In this document: one piece after another, positions 26,137 to 35,280 of the stretch | Numbering within the stretch: position 1 is the stretch's first letter | How the letters are laid out: each line of letters starts with the position of its first letter | From: Trueperaceae bacterium | GTDB lineage: Bacteria > Deinococcota > Deinococci > Deinococcales > Trueperaceae | Assembly (NCBI GenBank): GCA_965213925.1 | Contig: OZ243927.1 | Span: 2,336,001 to 2,400,000 of the forward strand | DNA: 64,000 nt | Reading direction: 5' to 3' | Program-made: the position numbers and the translations under genes | Notes under the pieces: model-generated | The model's database searches: none | Told to the model about the DNA's origin: nothing | What the model saw: only the letters and a program-made list of their open reading frames with translations

Positions 26137-27150
26137 ATGACGACACTACTGCGCCATACTATTCTTCCTTTACTCCTACTTGCGACAACCGCGTGTGCTC
26201 AGAGCACGGATACGGTGCGTGTCGGGCTCGGCTACTTACCCGACGTGCAGTTCGCGCCCTTTTATACCGCTGCGGCTGAGGGTTTCTACAAAGAACAGGG
26301 GTTAGAGGTCGAATTCCAGCACGGCTTCGTCAGCGAACTCTACCCGCTCTTAGCCCAAGGTAGGCTCGACTTCGTTGTAGGCGACGCCGAAGACGTCATC
26401 AGTTTGCGCGCCCAAGACCCTGACAACACGCGCTTCGTCTACCTTATGGCGCTCTTTCAGCGCGTACCGAGTGCGCTCTTTTCGCTGCCAGACGCGAACA
26501 TCACTGAAATCGAGGACTTAGCAGGTAAGACGGTGGGCTTGCCGGGGCTCTTCGGCTCGTCGTACACCTCGTTTCAAGGGGTGTTGCAAGCGGCGGATTT
26601 GACGGAAGACGACCTTTCTGTAGAGCAAATCGGCTTCACGCAGTTGGAGGCTATCCTCGGCGGTCGCGTAGACGTGGCGATGGGTTTTATCAACAACGAA
26701 CCGCTCGTTTTGGCACAACGTGGCGTCGAGGTGAACGTCATCCCCGCTGGCGACTACAACCCGGCACCGGGCGCGGGCGTCGTCACCACGGAAGCGGTTT
26801 TGGAGAACGAGGACCTGGTGCGGCGTTTTCTGAGCGCGTCGCAAGAGGCGCTAGCGCTGACTTTAGAGGAGCCTGAACGCGCGTTTGAGGCGTCGAGGGG
26901 CTACGTAGAAAACCTAGACGAAGACCGCTTAGCGGTTTTAGAGGCGACGCTGCCTCTCTTTACCTCAGCCTACAGCGAGGCTAACGGCGTAGGCTTCACC
27001 AACCCGGCACGCTGGGACGACGCGCTCACATTTTTGCAAGAGGTCGGGCGCGTCGAGACGGACCTCTCGGCGGATACGTTTTTCAGTAATGAGTACTTGG
27101 ACCCGGCGGTGAATGTTGAAGGGGTAGGAACGGGCGGCTCGAGTCCATAA
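26137..27150 (+). CDS. NMT1/THI5-like ABC substrate-binding protein (RibY-like)
   Basis: Signal peptide, GYLPDVQFAPFY.A..EGFY...GL.VEF, DLAGKTVGLPGLFGSSY. Confidence 0.8.
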   Translation: MTTLLRHTILPLLLLATTACAQSTDTVRVGLGYLPDVQFAPFYTAAAEGFYKEQGLEVEFQHGFVSELYPLLAQGRLDFVVGDAEDVISLRAQDPDNTRFVYLMALFQRVPSALFSLPDANITEIEDLAGKTVGLPGLFGSSYTSFQGVLQAADLTEDDLSVEQIGFTQLEAILGGRVDVAMGFINNEPLVLAQRGVEVNVIPAGDYNPAPGAGVVTTEAVLENEDLVRRFLSASQEALALTLEEPERAFEASRGYVENLDEDRLAVLEATLPLFTSAYSEANGVGFTNPARWDDALTFLQEVGRVETDLSADTFFSNEYLDPAVNVEGVGTGGSSP

Positions 27151-27210
27151 GCTCAGCCAGAGCGTCCCACCTACCTTGTCCCGAACGCTCTGTTTTGCTA
27201 CACTTCGTTT

Positions 27211-27570
27211 AGGAGGAGTAGCTCGCTTTTCACTTCTCGAGAGAGCCTGGACGGTGCGCTGAAAGTCCGAGCGGAGCGTAGCGAGTGAAGGTCGCCTAGC
27301 GAGGTATCATCTTGCAAAAGATGGTGCTCGTACGAGGAAGAAAGGTAAGAGTAGCGCAGTATCTAAGGTCTTCCTGATCTTGAAAGCTACTAGCTTTAGC
27401 CGAGTAGACCCTCCGGTGAACACAAACCTTGTCACTGTGTTCAAGTCGCCCCGTCAGCCGCGACGCAATGAAGCGCCTTGTGCCGTGCATAAGGAACTGC
27501 GGTGGTAACGCGGGGAAGAGCCTCGTCCGCACCTTACGTACAAAACTACGTGAGCGGAGGAGGCGTTTTT
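27211..27570 (+). promoter_or_regulatory. T-box riboswitch, valine specifier (GUC)
   Basis: Stem I with AGTA/GAA S-turn, GAGAG bulge, GCTGAAA apical loop and GTC at 27291-27293; stem II AGTAG..GAAC; T-box GCGG-TGGTAAC-GCG at 27499-27512; terminator GCCTCGTCCGC/GCGGAGGAGGC+GTTTTT. Confidence 0.9.
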
Positions 27571-28320
27571 GTGGATGAATTCGGTGAGCTTTACAGAAAG
27601 TTTCATGAGGTGCGCCAGTCCGACGCGCGCACCCAAAAAGAGGTGGACGGGCTCGTGACTGCCCTTGACCTCTCGACGGGTCAGCGCGTTTTAGACCTCG
27701 GGTGCGGTTGGGGCGTGCACCTCGCAGAACTGGCGCGTCGCGGCTTCGGACCGCTCGTCGGGGTGGACGCGCAAGCGCGTTACTTAGAGAGGGCGGCGGA
27801 GCGTTTGGCGTCTTTCGACGCCGCTTTAGTCGAAAGAGATGCCAGAGCCTTACCTTTCGACTCCGTCTTCGACGCCGCGTACTGCCTCTACAACACGCTC
27901 TTCGCCTGGGACGACGAAACGCACCTGGGCATTTTGCGCGGCGTCGCGACCTCGCTCCAACCGGGCGGACGTTTCCTCTTCGACACGACCAACCGCGAGC
28001 GGGTCGCTCAAAGCGGCGTTCAGCAGAGCTGGCAGCGTTCCGCTAAAGATTTACCTTGGCTCTTGCGCGAATCGCGCTTCGACGCCTACACGGGCGACCA
28101 GCACCACACCGAGCACTACGTTTTTCCTGACGGTAGGGTTCAAACGCAGACCTTTAAGCGCCGCCACTACACGGTGAAAGAACTCGTCAGACTTTTCGAA
28201 CGAGCGGGGCTGCGTGTCACGGGGTGCTTCGGCGCGCTCGATCTCAGCCCCTATACGCTGGATAGTCCGCGAACTATCCTCGTCGCTGAACTCGACACTA
28301 AAAAAGGAGTACCCCAATGA
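27571..28320 (+). CDS. Class I SAM-dependent methyltransferase
   Basis: VLDLGCGWG motif I, GVD, FDAAY, LQPGGRFLFD; GTG start 7 nt after GGAGG; ATGA overlap with valS. Confidence 0.88.
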   Translation: MDEFGELYRKFHEVRQSDARTQKEVDGLVTALDLSTGQRVLDLGCGWGVHLAELARRGFGPLVGVDAQARYLERAAERLASFDAALVERDARALPFDSVFDAAYCLYNTLFAWDDETHLGILRGVATSLQPGGRFLFDTTNRERVAQSGVQQSWQRSAKDLPWLLRESRFDAYTGDQHHTEHYVFPDGRVQTQTFKRRHYTVKELVRLFERAGLRVTGCFGALDLSPYTLDSPRTILVAELDTKKGVPQ

Positions 28321-30971
28321 CCGACACTGCAAACGTGCCTCGAGACCTAACAAAACAAAATCTGGCTAAGCAATACAATCCCTTTGAGGTTGAAGAGAGA
28401 TGGGTGGAGCGCTGGGCTGAAGAGCCTTTCACCGCCGACGCGACCTCGAGCAAAGAACCCTTCTGCATCGTCATTCCGCCGCCCAACGTCACGGGCAACC
28501 TGCACTTAGGTCACGCCTTTGATAACACCATTATCGACACGCTGATTCGCTTCAAGCGGATGCAGGGTTATGAAGCACTTTTTCAGCCCGGCACCGACCA
28601 CGCGGGCATCTCGACGCAGGTGCAAGTCGAGCGTGCCCTGCGCGAAGAGGGTAAAACCAAATACGACCTCGGGCGTGACCAGTTTTTGGAGCGCGTTTGG
28701 AAGTGGAAAGAGCGCTACGGTGGCATCATCTTAGGTCAACTCCAGCGCTTAGGGATTTCAGCGGACTGGACGCGCACGCGCTTTACGATGGACGAGGGGT
28801 TGTCGCGTGCGGTGCGTAAGCAGTTCGTGGACCTCTATCATCAGGGGCTCGTCTACCGGGGTGAGCGTATCGTCAACTGGGACCCGGCGAGCCAGACGAC
28901 GCTCTCCGAACTCGAGGTAGACCGCGAGGAGCGGCAGGGGAAGCTCTACACGCTGGCGTACGAATTAGAGGGTGGCGGCGCTATTCACATCGCTACGGTG
29001 CGCCCTGAAACCATCTTTGCCGACCAAGCCATCGCCGTGCACCCCGACGACGAGCGTTTCAAAAAGTTAGTCGGCACGAAAGCGCGCATCCCGCTAACCG
29101 AACGTTGGGTGCCCATCATCACCGACGAAGCCGTCGAGATGGACTTTGGCACGGGCGCGCTCAAAATCACGCCTGCGCACGACCCGACGGACTTTGAAAT
29201 AGGGGAGAGGCACGACCTGGAGCGCCCCAGCGTCATCGATTTGGACGCCAAGCTCTTCGGCGAGTTGGTGCCCGAAGCGTTTCGCGGCTTAGACCGCTTC
29301 GAGGCGCGGAAAGAGGTGGTGAAGGCGTTGGAGGCGAGCAGCGAACTGTTGGGGCAGCGTGACTACACCGTCGCCTTAGGGCTCTCGCAGCGCACCGGCG
29401 AGCCCGTCGAACCTCTTTTATCCAAGCAGTGGTTTTACAATACGCAAGAGGTCGCGAAGCGCGTGCTACGCGGGCTAGACGAGGGCGACATCGCCATCTT
29501 CCCCGAGCGCTACGCCAAGGTCAACCGCGACTGGCTGGAAAACCTGCGCGACTGGAACATCTCGCGCCAGCTTTGGTGGGGACATCAAATTCCGGCGTGG
29601 TACGACGGCGAGGGCAACGTCTTTGTCCCCGACGCGGATGACCCCTACACCGACCCGGCGCAGAAAACCGACGCCGCTTTGACCCAAGACCCGGACGTGT
29701 TCGACACTTGGTTCTCCTCGAACCTGTGGCCCTTCTCCACGCTCGGTTGGCCCGACACGGACGCACCTTTTTTCAAGAAGTTCTACCCGACTTCGGTGCT
29801 GGTAACAGGCTACGACATCCTCTTCTTGTGGGTCGCCCGAATGGAGATGGCGGGCTATCAGTTCACGGACCGAGCGCCTTTTAAGCACGTCTTCTTGCAC
29901 GGGCTCGTCTTAGACGAAAAAGGTCAGAAGATGTCCAAGTCGAAGGGCAACGGCATCGACCCCTTAGAGGTCATCGGGCGCTACGGCGCGGACGCCTTGC
30001 GCTTCGCGACGAGCTACGCTTCGACGGGTGGGCAAGACATCCGCTGGGACGAGCGCCGCGTAGAGATGGGGCGAAACTTCAATAACAAGCTGTGGAACGC
30101 GGCGCGGTTTGCGTTTATGCATCTTGGAGGTAGCATCTCGTCATCAACGAGCGATGTAGAGGTGAAACCGAACACCCTCGCCGACGCTTGGATTTTAAGC
30201 CGCCTCCAACGCGCCACAAAAGAAGCGACGGAGCGCTTAGAAGCGTACGATTTAGGCGGCGCGAACCGCGCGCTCTACGACTTCGTCTGGTCGGAGTTCT
30301 GCGACTGGTATTTAGAGGCGGCTAAACCGCAGCTCTACGCCGAGAACGCGCAAACGAAGGCAGTGCTGCGTCACACCTTCACCTCGATTCTTAAACTTCT
30401 GCATCCGATTGTTCCTTTTATCACCTCCGAGCTTTATGAGGCGCTAGGTCATGAGGCGCAGCTAGGCTACACCGAGTGGCCTCGAGCGGACGAAACGTTG
30501 ATGAGCGAGGATGCCGAGCGCGACTTTGTACACTTGCAAAACGCCGTCACTGCCGCCCGCAACCTCCGCGCCGAAGCGAACTTGAACCCGACCCAAAAGA
30601 TCAACCTCTTCGCCGAAGGGGACGCGGCAGGCGTGCTCTACGCGAATAAAAATAAAGAGGTGGTGGAGAGTCTGGCGCGGGCGACGCTTTTAGACACGCA
30701 ACCAGAAGGTGCGTCCCTTTCGCAAGTTGTGCCGGGCATCAAGCTCAAACTCCCCTTCGAAGGACTCGTAGACGTAGACGAGTGGCGGCAGCGGCAGGAG
30801 AAGCGCCTAGCTGAGCTTGAAAAGAACGCGCAGAAGAGCGAGAAAAAGCTCGGCAACGCGAAGTTCGTGGAGAACGCGCCTGATGAAGTCGTAGCAGAGG
30901 AGCGCAGGCGTTTAGAGGAGGCGAAAGCGCTGATTGAAGGGGTTAAGGGGAGCTTGGCGCAGCTCGGTTAA
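28317..30971 (+). CDS. valS: Valine--tRNA ligase
   Basis: PPPNVTGNLHLGH, DWNISRQLWWGH, KMSKS, C-terminal coiled arm. Confidence 0.98.
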   Translation: MTDTANVPRDLTKQNLAKQYNPFEVEERWVERWAEEPFTADATSSKEPFCIVIPPPNVTGNLHLGHAFDNTIIDTLIRFKRMQGYEALFQPGTDHAGISTQVQVERALREEGKTKYDLGRDQFLERVWKWKERYGGIILGQLQRLGISADWTRTRFTMDEGLSRAVRKQFVDLYHQGLVYRGERIVNWDPASQTTLSELEVDREERQGKLYTLAYELEGGGAIHIATVRPETIFADQAIAVHPDDERFKKLVGTKARIPLTERWVPIITDEAVEMDFGTGALKITPAHDPTDFEIGERHDLERPSVIDLDAKLFGELVPEAFRGLDRFEARKEVVKALEASSELLGQRDYTVALGLSQRTGEPVEPLLSKQWFYNTQEVAKRVLRGLDEGDIAIFPERYAKVNRDWLENLRDWNISRQLWWGHQIPAWYDGEGNVFVPDADDPYTDPAQKTDAALTQDPDVFDTWFSSNLWPFSTLGWPDTDAPFFKKFYPTSVLVTGYDILFLWVARMEMAGYQFTDRAPFKHVFLHGLVLDEKGQKMSKSKGNGIDPLEVIGRYGADALRFATSYASTGGQDIRWDERRVEMGRNFNNKLWNAARFAFMHLGGSISSSTSDVEVKPNTLADAWILSRLQRATKEATERLEAYDLGGANRALYDFVWSEFCDWYLEAAKPQLYAENAQTKAVLRHTFTSILKLLHPIVPFITSELYEALGHEAQLGYTEWPRADETLMSEDAERDFVHLQNAVTAARNLRAEANLNPTQKINLFAEGDAAGVLYANKNKEVVESLARATLLDTQPEGASLSQVVPGIKLKLPFEGLVDVDEWRQRQEKRLAELEKNAQKSEKKLGNAKFVENAPDEVVAEERRRLEEAKALIEGVKGSLAQLG

Positions 30972-30976
30972 GCGTG

Positions 30977-31005
30977 AAGGGGCGGCTCGTTCAGTCGTCC
31001 CCTCA
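30977..31005 (+). terminator. Hairpin after valS
   Basis: aggggcggct..agtcgtccc; weak U-tract. Confidence 0.4.
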
Positions 31006-31104
31006 ACGATCACCCGAACGTGTGCGGACGCTTAGGCTTCTTGTCGCCCGCCACATTTATCTCACGACCCTCCTGTCTTACCATGAGGGTATAAGGGGTG
31101 AGAT

Positions 31105-32172
31105 ATGAAACGACGTGCTTTCTTTTTGCTGCTTCTAACGCTGAGTTCGGTGCTGTGGGTCGCTTGCTCGAGCCCTGAACCGAGCCCCGGAGCTGAAACC
31201 GAAGTGCCCAGCGCCGCAGTTCCCATCATCATCGACACCGACGTAGGCGTCGACATCGACGACGCGGGCGCGCTCGCCGTGCTCCACACGCTCGCCGACA
31301 GAGGTGAAGCGACGATCCTAGCGACGGTCTCCAACGTCTACGATCCGTATGCGTCCGCTACAATCGACGCTATCAACACCTACTACGGTCGCCCCGACAT
31401 CCCTATCGGCCGCAACCCGAACCCCGCGCACTACCCCGTGGCGACCCCCTATTGGCGTCCCAGCATCCCCCACTTCGTGAAGGCGATGGCTGAATTTCCC
31501 AACGACACCGACTTAGGCGCGCTGCCGCCTGCCGTCACGGTTTACCGGCAGGCCTTAGCGGCGCAGCCGGACGGGAGCGTCACGGTGGTGTCGCTCGGCT
31601 TCATGCAAAACTTAGCTGACCTCATGGACTCCGCGCCCGACGAGTACAGCGACCTGAGCGGTTCGGACCTGATTCGGCAAAAGGTCGACAAGCTCGTCGT
31701 GATGGCTGGGTACTACCCTGGTCATCCAGGGGAACTCTACCTAGCGGGCGGCAAAGAGATGAGCGCCGCCCCCGCTAAACAAGTCGTCGACGGCTGGCCC
31801 ACCTCCGTCGTCTTTTCGCCGGGCAACGCGGATGTGTGCGACGGCGTTGTGAACGGGGGAACGCTCTCCGAGGAGACGCCTATCACTAATCCGGTGCGGC
31901 TAGGCTACGAGCTTTTTAACGGATCGGAGCGGGGGCGCACTGCCTGGGACCTCTGCGTGGTGCTCTACGCCGTGCGCGGTCTCGCCGACCCGGAGGACGG
32001 CACCTACTTTAAGCTCGCCGAGACGGACGAGCGCTTAACCTTGACCTCCGAAGGTGTCAGCGCGTGGGTGCCCGACGAGAACAGCCGCCACGAGAGGATG
32101 CTGCGTGTCATGCCCGAGGAGGAGCTAGAGCGCATCATAGAGGCGCTGCTTGTCGCGCCGCCGCGCAACTAA
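31105..32172 (+). CDS. Nucleoside hydrolase (IU-NH)-fold lipoprotein
   Basis: Lipobox VAC, IIDTDVGVDIDD, NLADL, AWD. Confidence 0.8.
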   Translation: MKRRAFFLLLLTLSSVLWVACSSPEPSPGAETEVPSAAVPIIIDTDVGVDIDDAGALAVLHTLADRGEATILATVSNVYDPYASATIDAINTYYGRPDIPIGRNPNPAHYPVATPYWRPSIPHFVKAMAEFPNDTDLGALPPAVTVYRQALAAQPDGSVTVVSLGFMQNLADLMDSAPDEYSDLSGSDLIRQKVDKLVVMAGYYPGHPGELYLAGGKEMSAAPAKQVVDGWPTSVVFSPGNADVCDGVVNGGTLSEETPITNPVRLGYELFNGSERGRTAWDLCVVLYAVRGLADPEDGTYFKLAETDERLTLTSEGVSAWVPDENSRHERMLRVMPEEELERIIEALLVAPPRN

Positions 32173-32233
32173 ACCGGCGGTGTGTTGTAGGCGCGAGGCG
32201 CGTAGAAGTAAAAATGTAGAAGCAGAGATTCGC

Positions 32234-32268
32234 AAGGGAGAATACAGTGTTCTTTTGTATTCTCCCTT
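32234..32268. terminator. 13-bp inverted repeat hairpin
   Basis: AAGGGAGAATACA..TGTATTCTCCCTT. Confidence 0.5.
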
Positions 32269-32346
32269 TCCTGACGCCTTCTCCGCCTCGGGCAACCGAG
32301 CGTGATAAAATAATCAAAGCGCAACGAGTCGCGAAAAGGAGCTGGG

Positions 32347-32646
32347 ATGCAGCGCACCAAAGAAGAGCTGAGAGCGATGGAGCACGCCGAGCTGGTCTCG
32401 AGGGTCTTAGAGCTTCAGGACCTGCTCCGCGAAGGATTGGTCGTGAGGGACGCGCTGCACCGCGTCATGAATGACCTCTTGAAAGCGAAGGCGGACGAGG
32501 TCGAGGTCTACGCCGACGCCGACCCGCAAACCTTGAGCGCCGACGAGCGCAGGGTCAAGGAGGCGTGGGCGAAAGCCCGTCACGCGCTCTCGAACCCCTT
32601 AGGCGTCGCCGAAGCGCTAAAGCGCGGTGAAGAGGTGGCGCGTTAG
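32347..32646 (+). CDS. Hypothetical helical protein
   Basis: 99-aa ORF with AGGAG SD. Confidence 0.65.
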   Translation: MQRTKEELRAMEHAELVSRVLELQDLLREGLVVRDALHRVMNDLLKAKADEVEVYADADPQTLSADERRVKEAWAKARHALSNPLGVAEALKRGEEVAR

Positions 32647-33290
32647 TTCTTAGGGCTGCCCATCCCCTCTTTGACCCCGAAGCGAATCAGCAGCGCGTTC
32701 ACCGGGTATGCGGCGGCGAGCCCGAGCGTCAGCGAGACTATTAGCGACGACCAGAAGCGCACGTCGCCCATTGTCGCCTCACCCGCCAAGAAGAGGTCGG
32801 CGGAGATGGCGACCGCTTCCATCACCACGATCGAGGCGCTCTCACTGTAAATAGCGTCTTTAAGCGCCTCGCCGAACGCCATGCCCCCTTGCAGCAGCGG
32901 CCCGACCGTGAGACCCAAACCGAAGAGGTAAGCGAAGCTAAAGGTGACGGCGACGACCCAGGGCGTACTGAGCGCGAGCAACCCCACCGCGATGATGAGC
33001 CCCGTGACTTCGCCCGCGCCGCAGCCCGAGTAGCAGTGCGCCACCGAGCGGCACGCCCGCCGCCAGAGCGAGTCGTGGGGTATCTCTTTACGCCCGCTGT
33101 AGTAGTAAACCGCCAAACCGAACAACCCGGAGTACAGGACCGTAAGCGCCCACACCACTTTCATGAGGGGCGGGATATGGCTGTTGTCGACGCTGAGGTC
33201 GCGGATGAGCACGACCTGCGCGAGGAGCATCTGCGCCGCCCAGACGATGAAAAACCAGGGACTCGAGAGCGTTTGTATAATAGATTCCAT
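32643..33290 (-). CDS. DUF4396 membrane protein
   Basis: HCYSGCGAGE, SIVVME, FWSSL, AAYPVN.LLIR.GVKEGM. Confidence 0.85.
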   Translation of the reverse strand: MESIIQTLSSPWFFIVWAAQMLLAQVVLIRDLSVDNSHIPPLMKVVWALTVLYSGLFGLAVYYYSGRKEIPHDSLWRRACRSVAHCYSGCGAGEVTGLIIAVGLLALSTPWVVAVTFSFAYLFGLGLTVGPLLQGGMAFGEALKDAIYSESASIVVMEAVAISADLFLAGEATMGDVRFWSSLIVSLTLGLAAAYPVNALLIRFGVKEGMGSPKN

Positions 33291-33375
33291 CTTGACCCCC
33301 ACCCACCAGGGTAGCCTTAGAGGTAAGTGATGTTTGTAGTGTGGCGCAGTGTAGCGAAGGCAAAAAGCTCGCTAA

Positions 33376-33543
33376 GTACACCGTAAACTAAGTATTGATA
33401 TCTATTACTGATGTCACCCTGAGCCGAAGGCGTGAGGGTCTCGTCCCGCAATCTCAGCTAGTTGGGAATGGAAGACGAGATTCTTTCACTTCGCTACCGC
33501 TACGTTCAGAATGACATCACTCATTCTTTAGTTGACAGAGTAC
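33376..33543. mobile_element. MITE-like element (family C) with an internal long palindrome
   Basis: 16-bp terminal inverted repeats (TIRs) GTACACCGTAAACTAA / TTAGTTGACAGAGTAC (13/16), TAA on both flanks; internal TGATGTCACCCTGAGC..GTTCAGAATGACATCA. Confidence 0.65.
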
Positions 33544-33597
33544 TAAGACGCTTGACCTCTATCCGCACATTGCTGCGGCCACCAACATGGAGATACG

Positions 33598-34068
33598 ATG
33601 CCTAAACCTGAATTCACCCATACGAATAAGCGCTGGATCGACCGCTACTTCTGGCACAGCCTAGTCAGCCTCATCGTGCTCGGCACGGTCGCCAACGTGC
33701 TCGTTTGGTTCACGCCGCGCCAAGAGACCCAGGTAGAGACCCAGGTCACGCTGCCCTCTTACGATGTGAACCAAGTCATGGCGGGGCGCGAACTCTACGC
33801 GGCGAACTGCGCGACGTGCCACGGAGCCGAAGGTCAGGGCTACGCCCAAGCGGGCGTTCCTGCGCCCGCGCTCAACGGCGATATGCACGCCTGGCATCAC
33901 CCGGACTCGCAGATTGCATCGTTCATCCGCTACGGTCAGGGTCAGATGCCCGCTGTCGGCGCGTCCTGGAGCGACGAGGAGATCGCGGCGGTGCTCGCCT
34001 ACATCAAGCAGTGGTGGGAGCCCGAGCAACTCGCCGCGCAGACGCAGACCTCGCAGCAGAACCCGTAA
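33598..34068 (+). CDS. Membrane-anchored monoheme cytochrome c
   Basis: N-terminal TM, CATCH, distal Met (QMPA). Confidence 0.9.
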   Translation: MPKPEFTHTNKRWIDRYFWHSLVSLIVLGTVANVLVWFTPRQETQVETQVTLPSYDVNQVMAGRELYAANCATCHGAEGQGYAQAGVPAPALNGDMHAWHHPDSQIASFIRYGQGQMPAVGASWSDEEIAAVLAYIKQWWEPEQLAAQTQTSQQNP

Positions 34069-34081
34069 TAGAAACTGCCCG

Positions 34082-34906
34082 TTACTCGAGCCCCGCGAAG
34101 AGGTCGTCCACAGGCGTCGCCGGGAAGCCGCCGCGCAAGCCGCCGAGCGTGAAGGTCTCCTGGGTGAACATCGCCTCCCACACCTCTCGCTCGCGCTCCT
34201 CCGACATCCCCGCAAATGACGAGGACGGCCCTACTTGAGAACGGTGCGCCCTGACCGCCGCCTCTTTCTGCTCGCGGTAGCGCGAAATGTCGAGCACCGC
34301 CGCGAACGAGTCCTCCGAGACACCGTACAGCTCGGGGTCCAGCTTCGAAAGTGGCGAGTCTTCGCGCATCGCTTGCATCTGTTTCATCTGCTCCGCCGCC
34401 ATCACGCTGTAAAAGAGGCGCTTGGGCGCAGGTTTCATCACCTTGCCCGCCGACCAGAAGGCGGCGGTCGCGGCGCGGTGTATCTTGATGTGGTCGACGT
34501 GTCCATAGATGCCGTGCGGGTCGAAGGTGAGGACGACCTCGGGCTGGGCCTCGCCGATGTGGGGCAAGAGGGCTCGCTCCAAGTCCGCCTCGTCCACGTT
34601 CATAAGCGCTTTGGGATCGTCGTAGCGGGTGCGCTCTTGTCTGCCCGAGTCGTGAAAGTCTAAGAAAACGGGCGCGTCCAAACCCATCGCCTTGCACGCT
34701 TCTCTGAGTTCTTGCTCGCGCAGCTCGGCGACGTCAGAGGCGGCGTCGATGTCGGGGTCGGTGATTTTGCCCGATTCACCTCTTGTCGCGCAGATGAGTT
34801 TGACCGTTTTGCCTTCGGCGGCGTAGCGCGTGAGCGCGCCGCCAGTGCCAAAAGCTTCGTCGTCGGGGTGGGCGAAGATAGCGAGGAGGGTCATGGCGCT
34901 CATCAT
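34082..34906 (-). CDS. PIG-L/LmbE family deacetylase (MshB/BshB/Mca-like)
   Basis: AHPDDE, TRGE, GHVDH, AHRSQ. Confidence 0.9.
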   Translation of the reverse strand: MMSAMTLLAIFAHPDDEAFGTGGALTRYAAEGKTVKLICATRGESGKITDPDIDAASDVAELREQELREACKAMGLDAPVFLDFHDSGRQERTRYDDPKALMNVDEADLERALLPHIGEAQPEVVLTFDPHGIYGHVDHIKIHRAATAAFWSAGKVMKPAPKRLFYSVMAAEQMKQMQAMREDSPLSKLDPELYGVSEDSFAAVLDISRYREQKEAAVRAHRSQVGPSSSFAGMSEEREREVWEAMFTQETFTLGGLRGGFPATPVDDLFAGLE

Positions 34907-35280
34907 ATGGTCAAATGACCGAGAGGCAACGTGCGCTGCAGGTCATTCGCGTGAGAAATTGGCTCGAGGCTGCAGGGCGCTTCTCGAAAAAGGGCAGTAT
35001 TCTTATTCGGCGGTTACAGCAACGTTGCGCTGGCGTAAATAAGGAGCGGCAACCTCTCGTTCTGCGAAACTCGTGCGCAGCGAATTCGGAAGTACTCGAG
35101 AATACCCCGTTACCGCTCGAATAGAGCGTCCAATATCAATCAAGTAGGTGCGTCGCAATAACCTAAATTAGAAAATGTCAACGAAGTTCGTACTGAGCGC
35201 AAAAACTTCCTCGAGGTAGTCAGATTATTGAAGCCGAAGTACTTAATTGATGACACGGCAGATGCAAACTAGATCGAGCC

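Noticed and set aside
27502..27570. Longer N-terminus for the methyltransferase as given in the ORF track
   Set aside because: It overlaps the T-box antiterminator and terminator; GTG 27571 has a proper SD
33661..34697. Long overlapping ORFs of 140-230 aa here and similar ones elsewhere
   Set aside because: Arg/Ala/Pro-rich shadow frames of real genes in GC-rich DNA, without motifs
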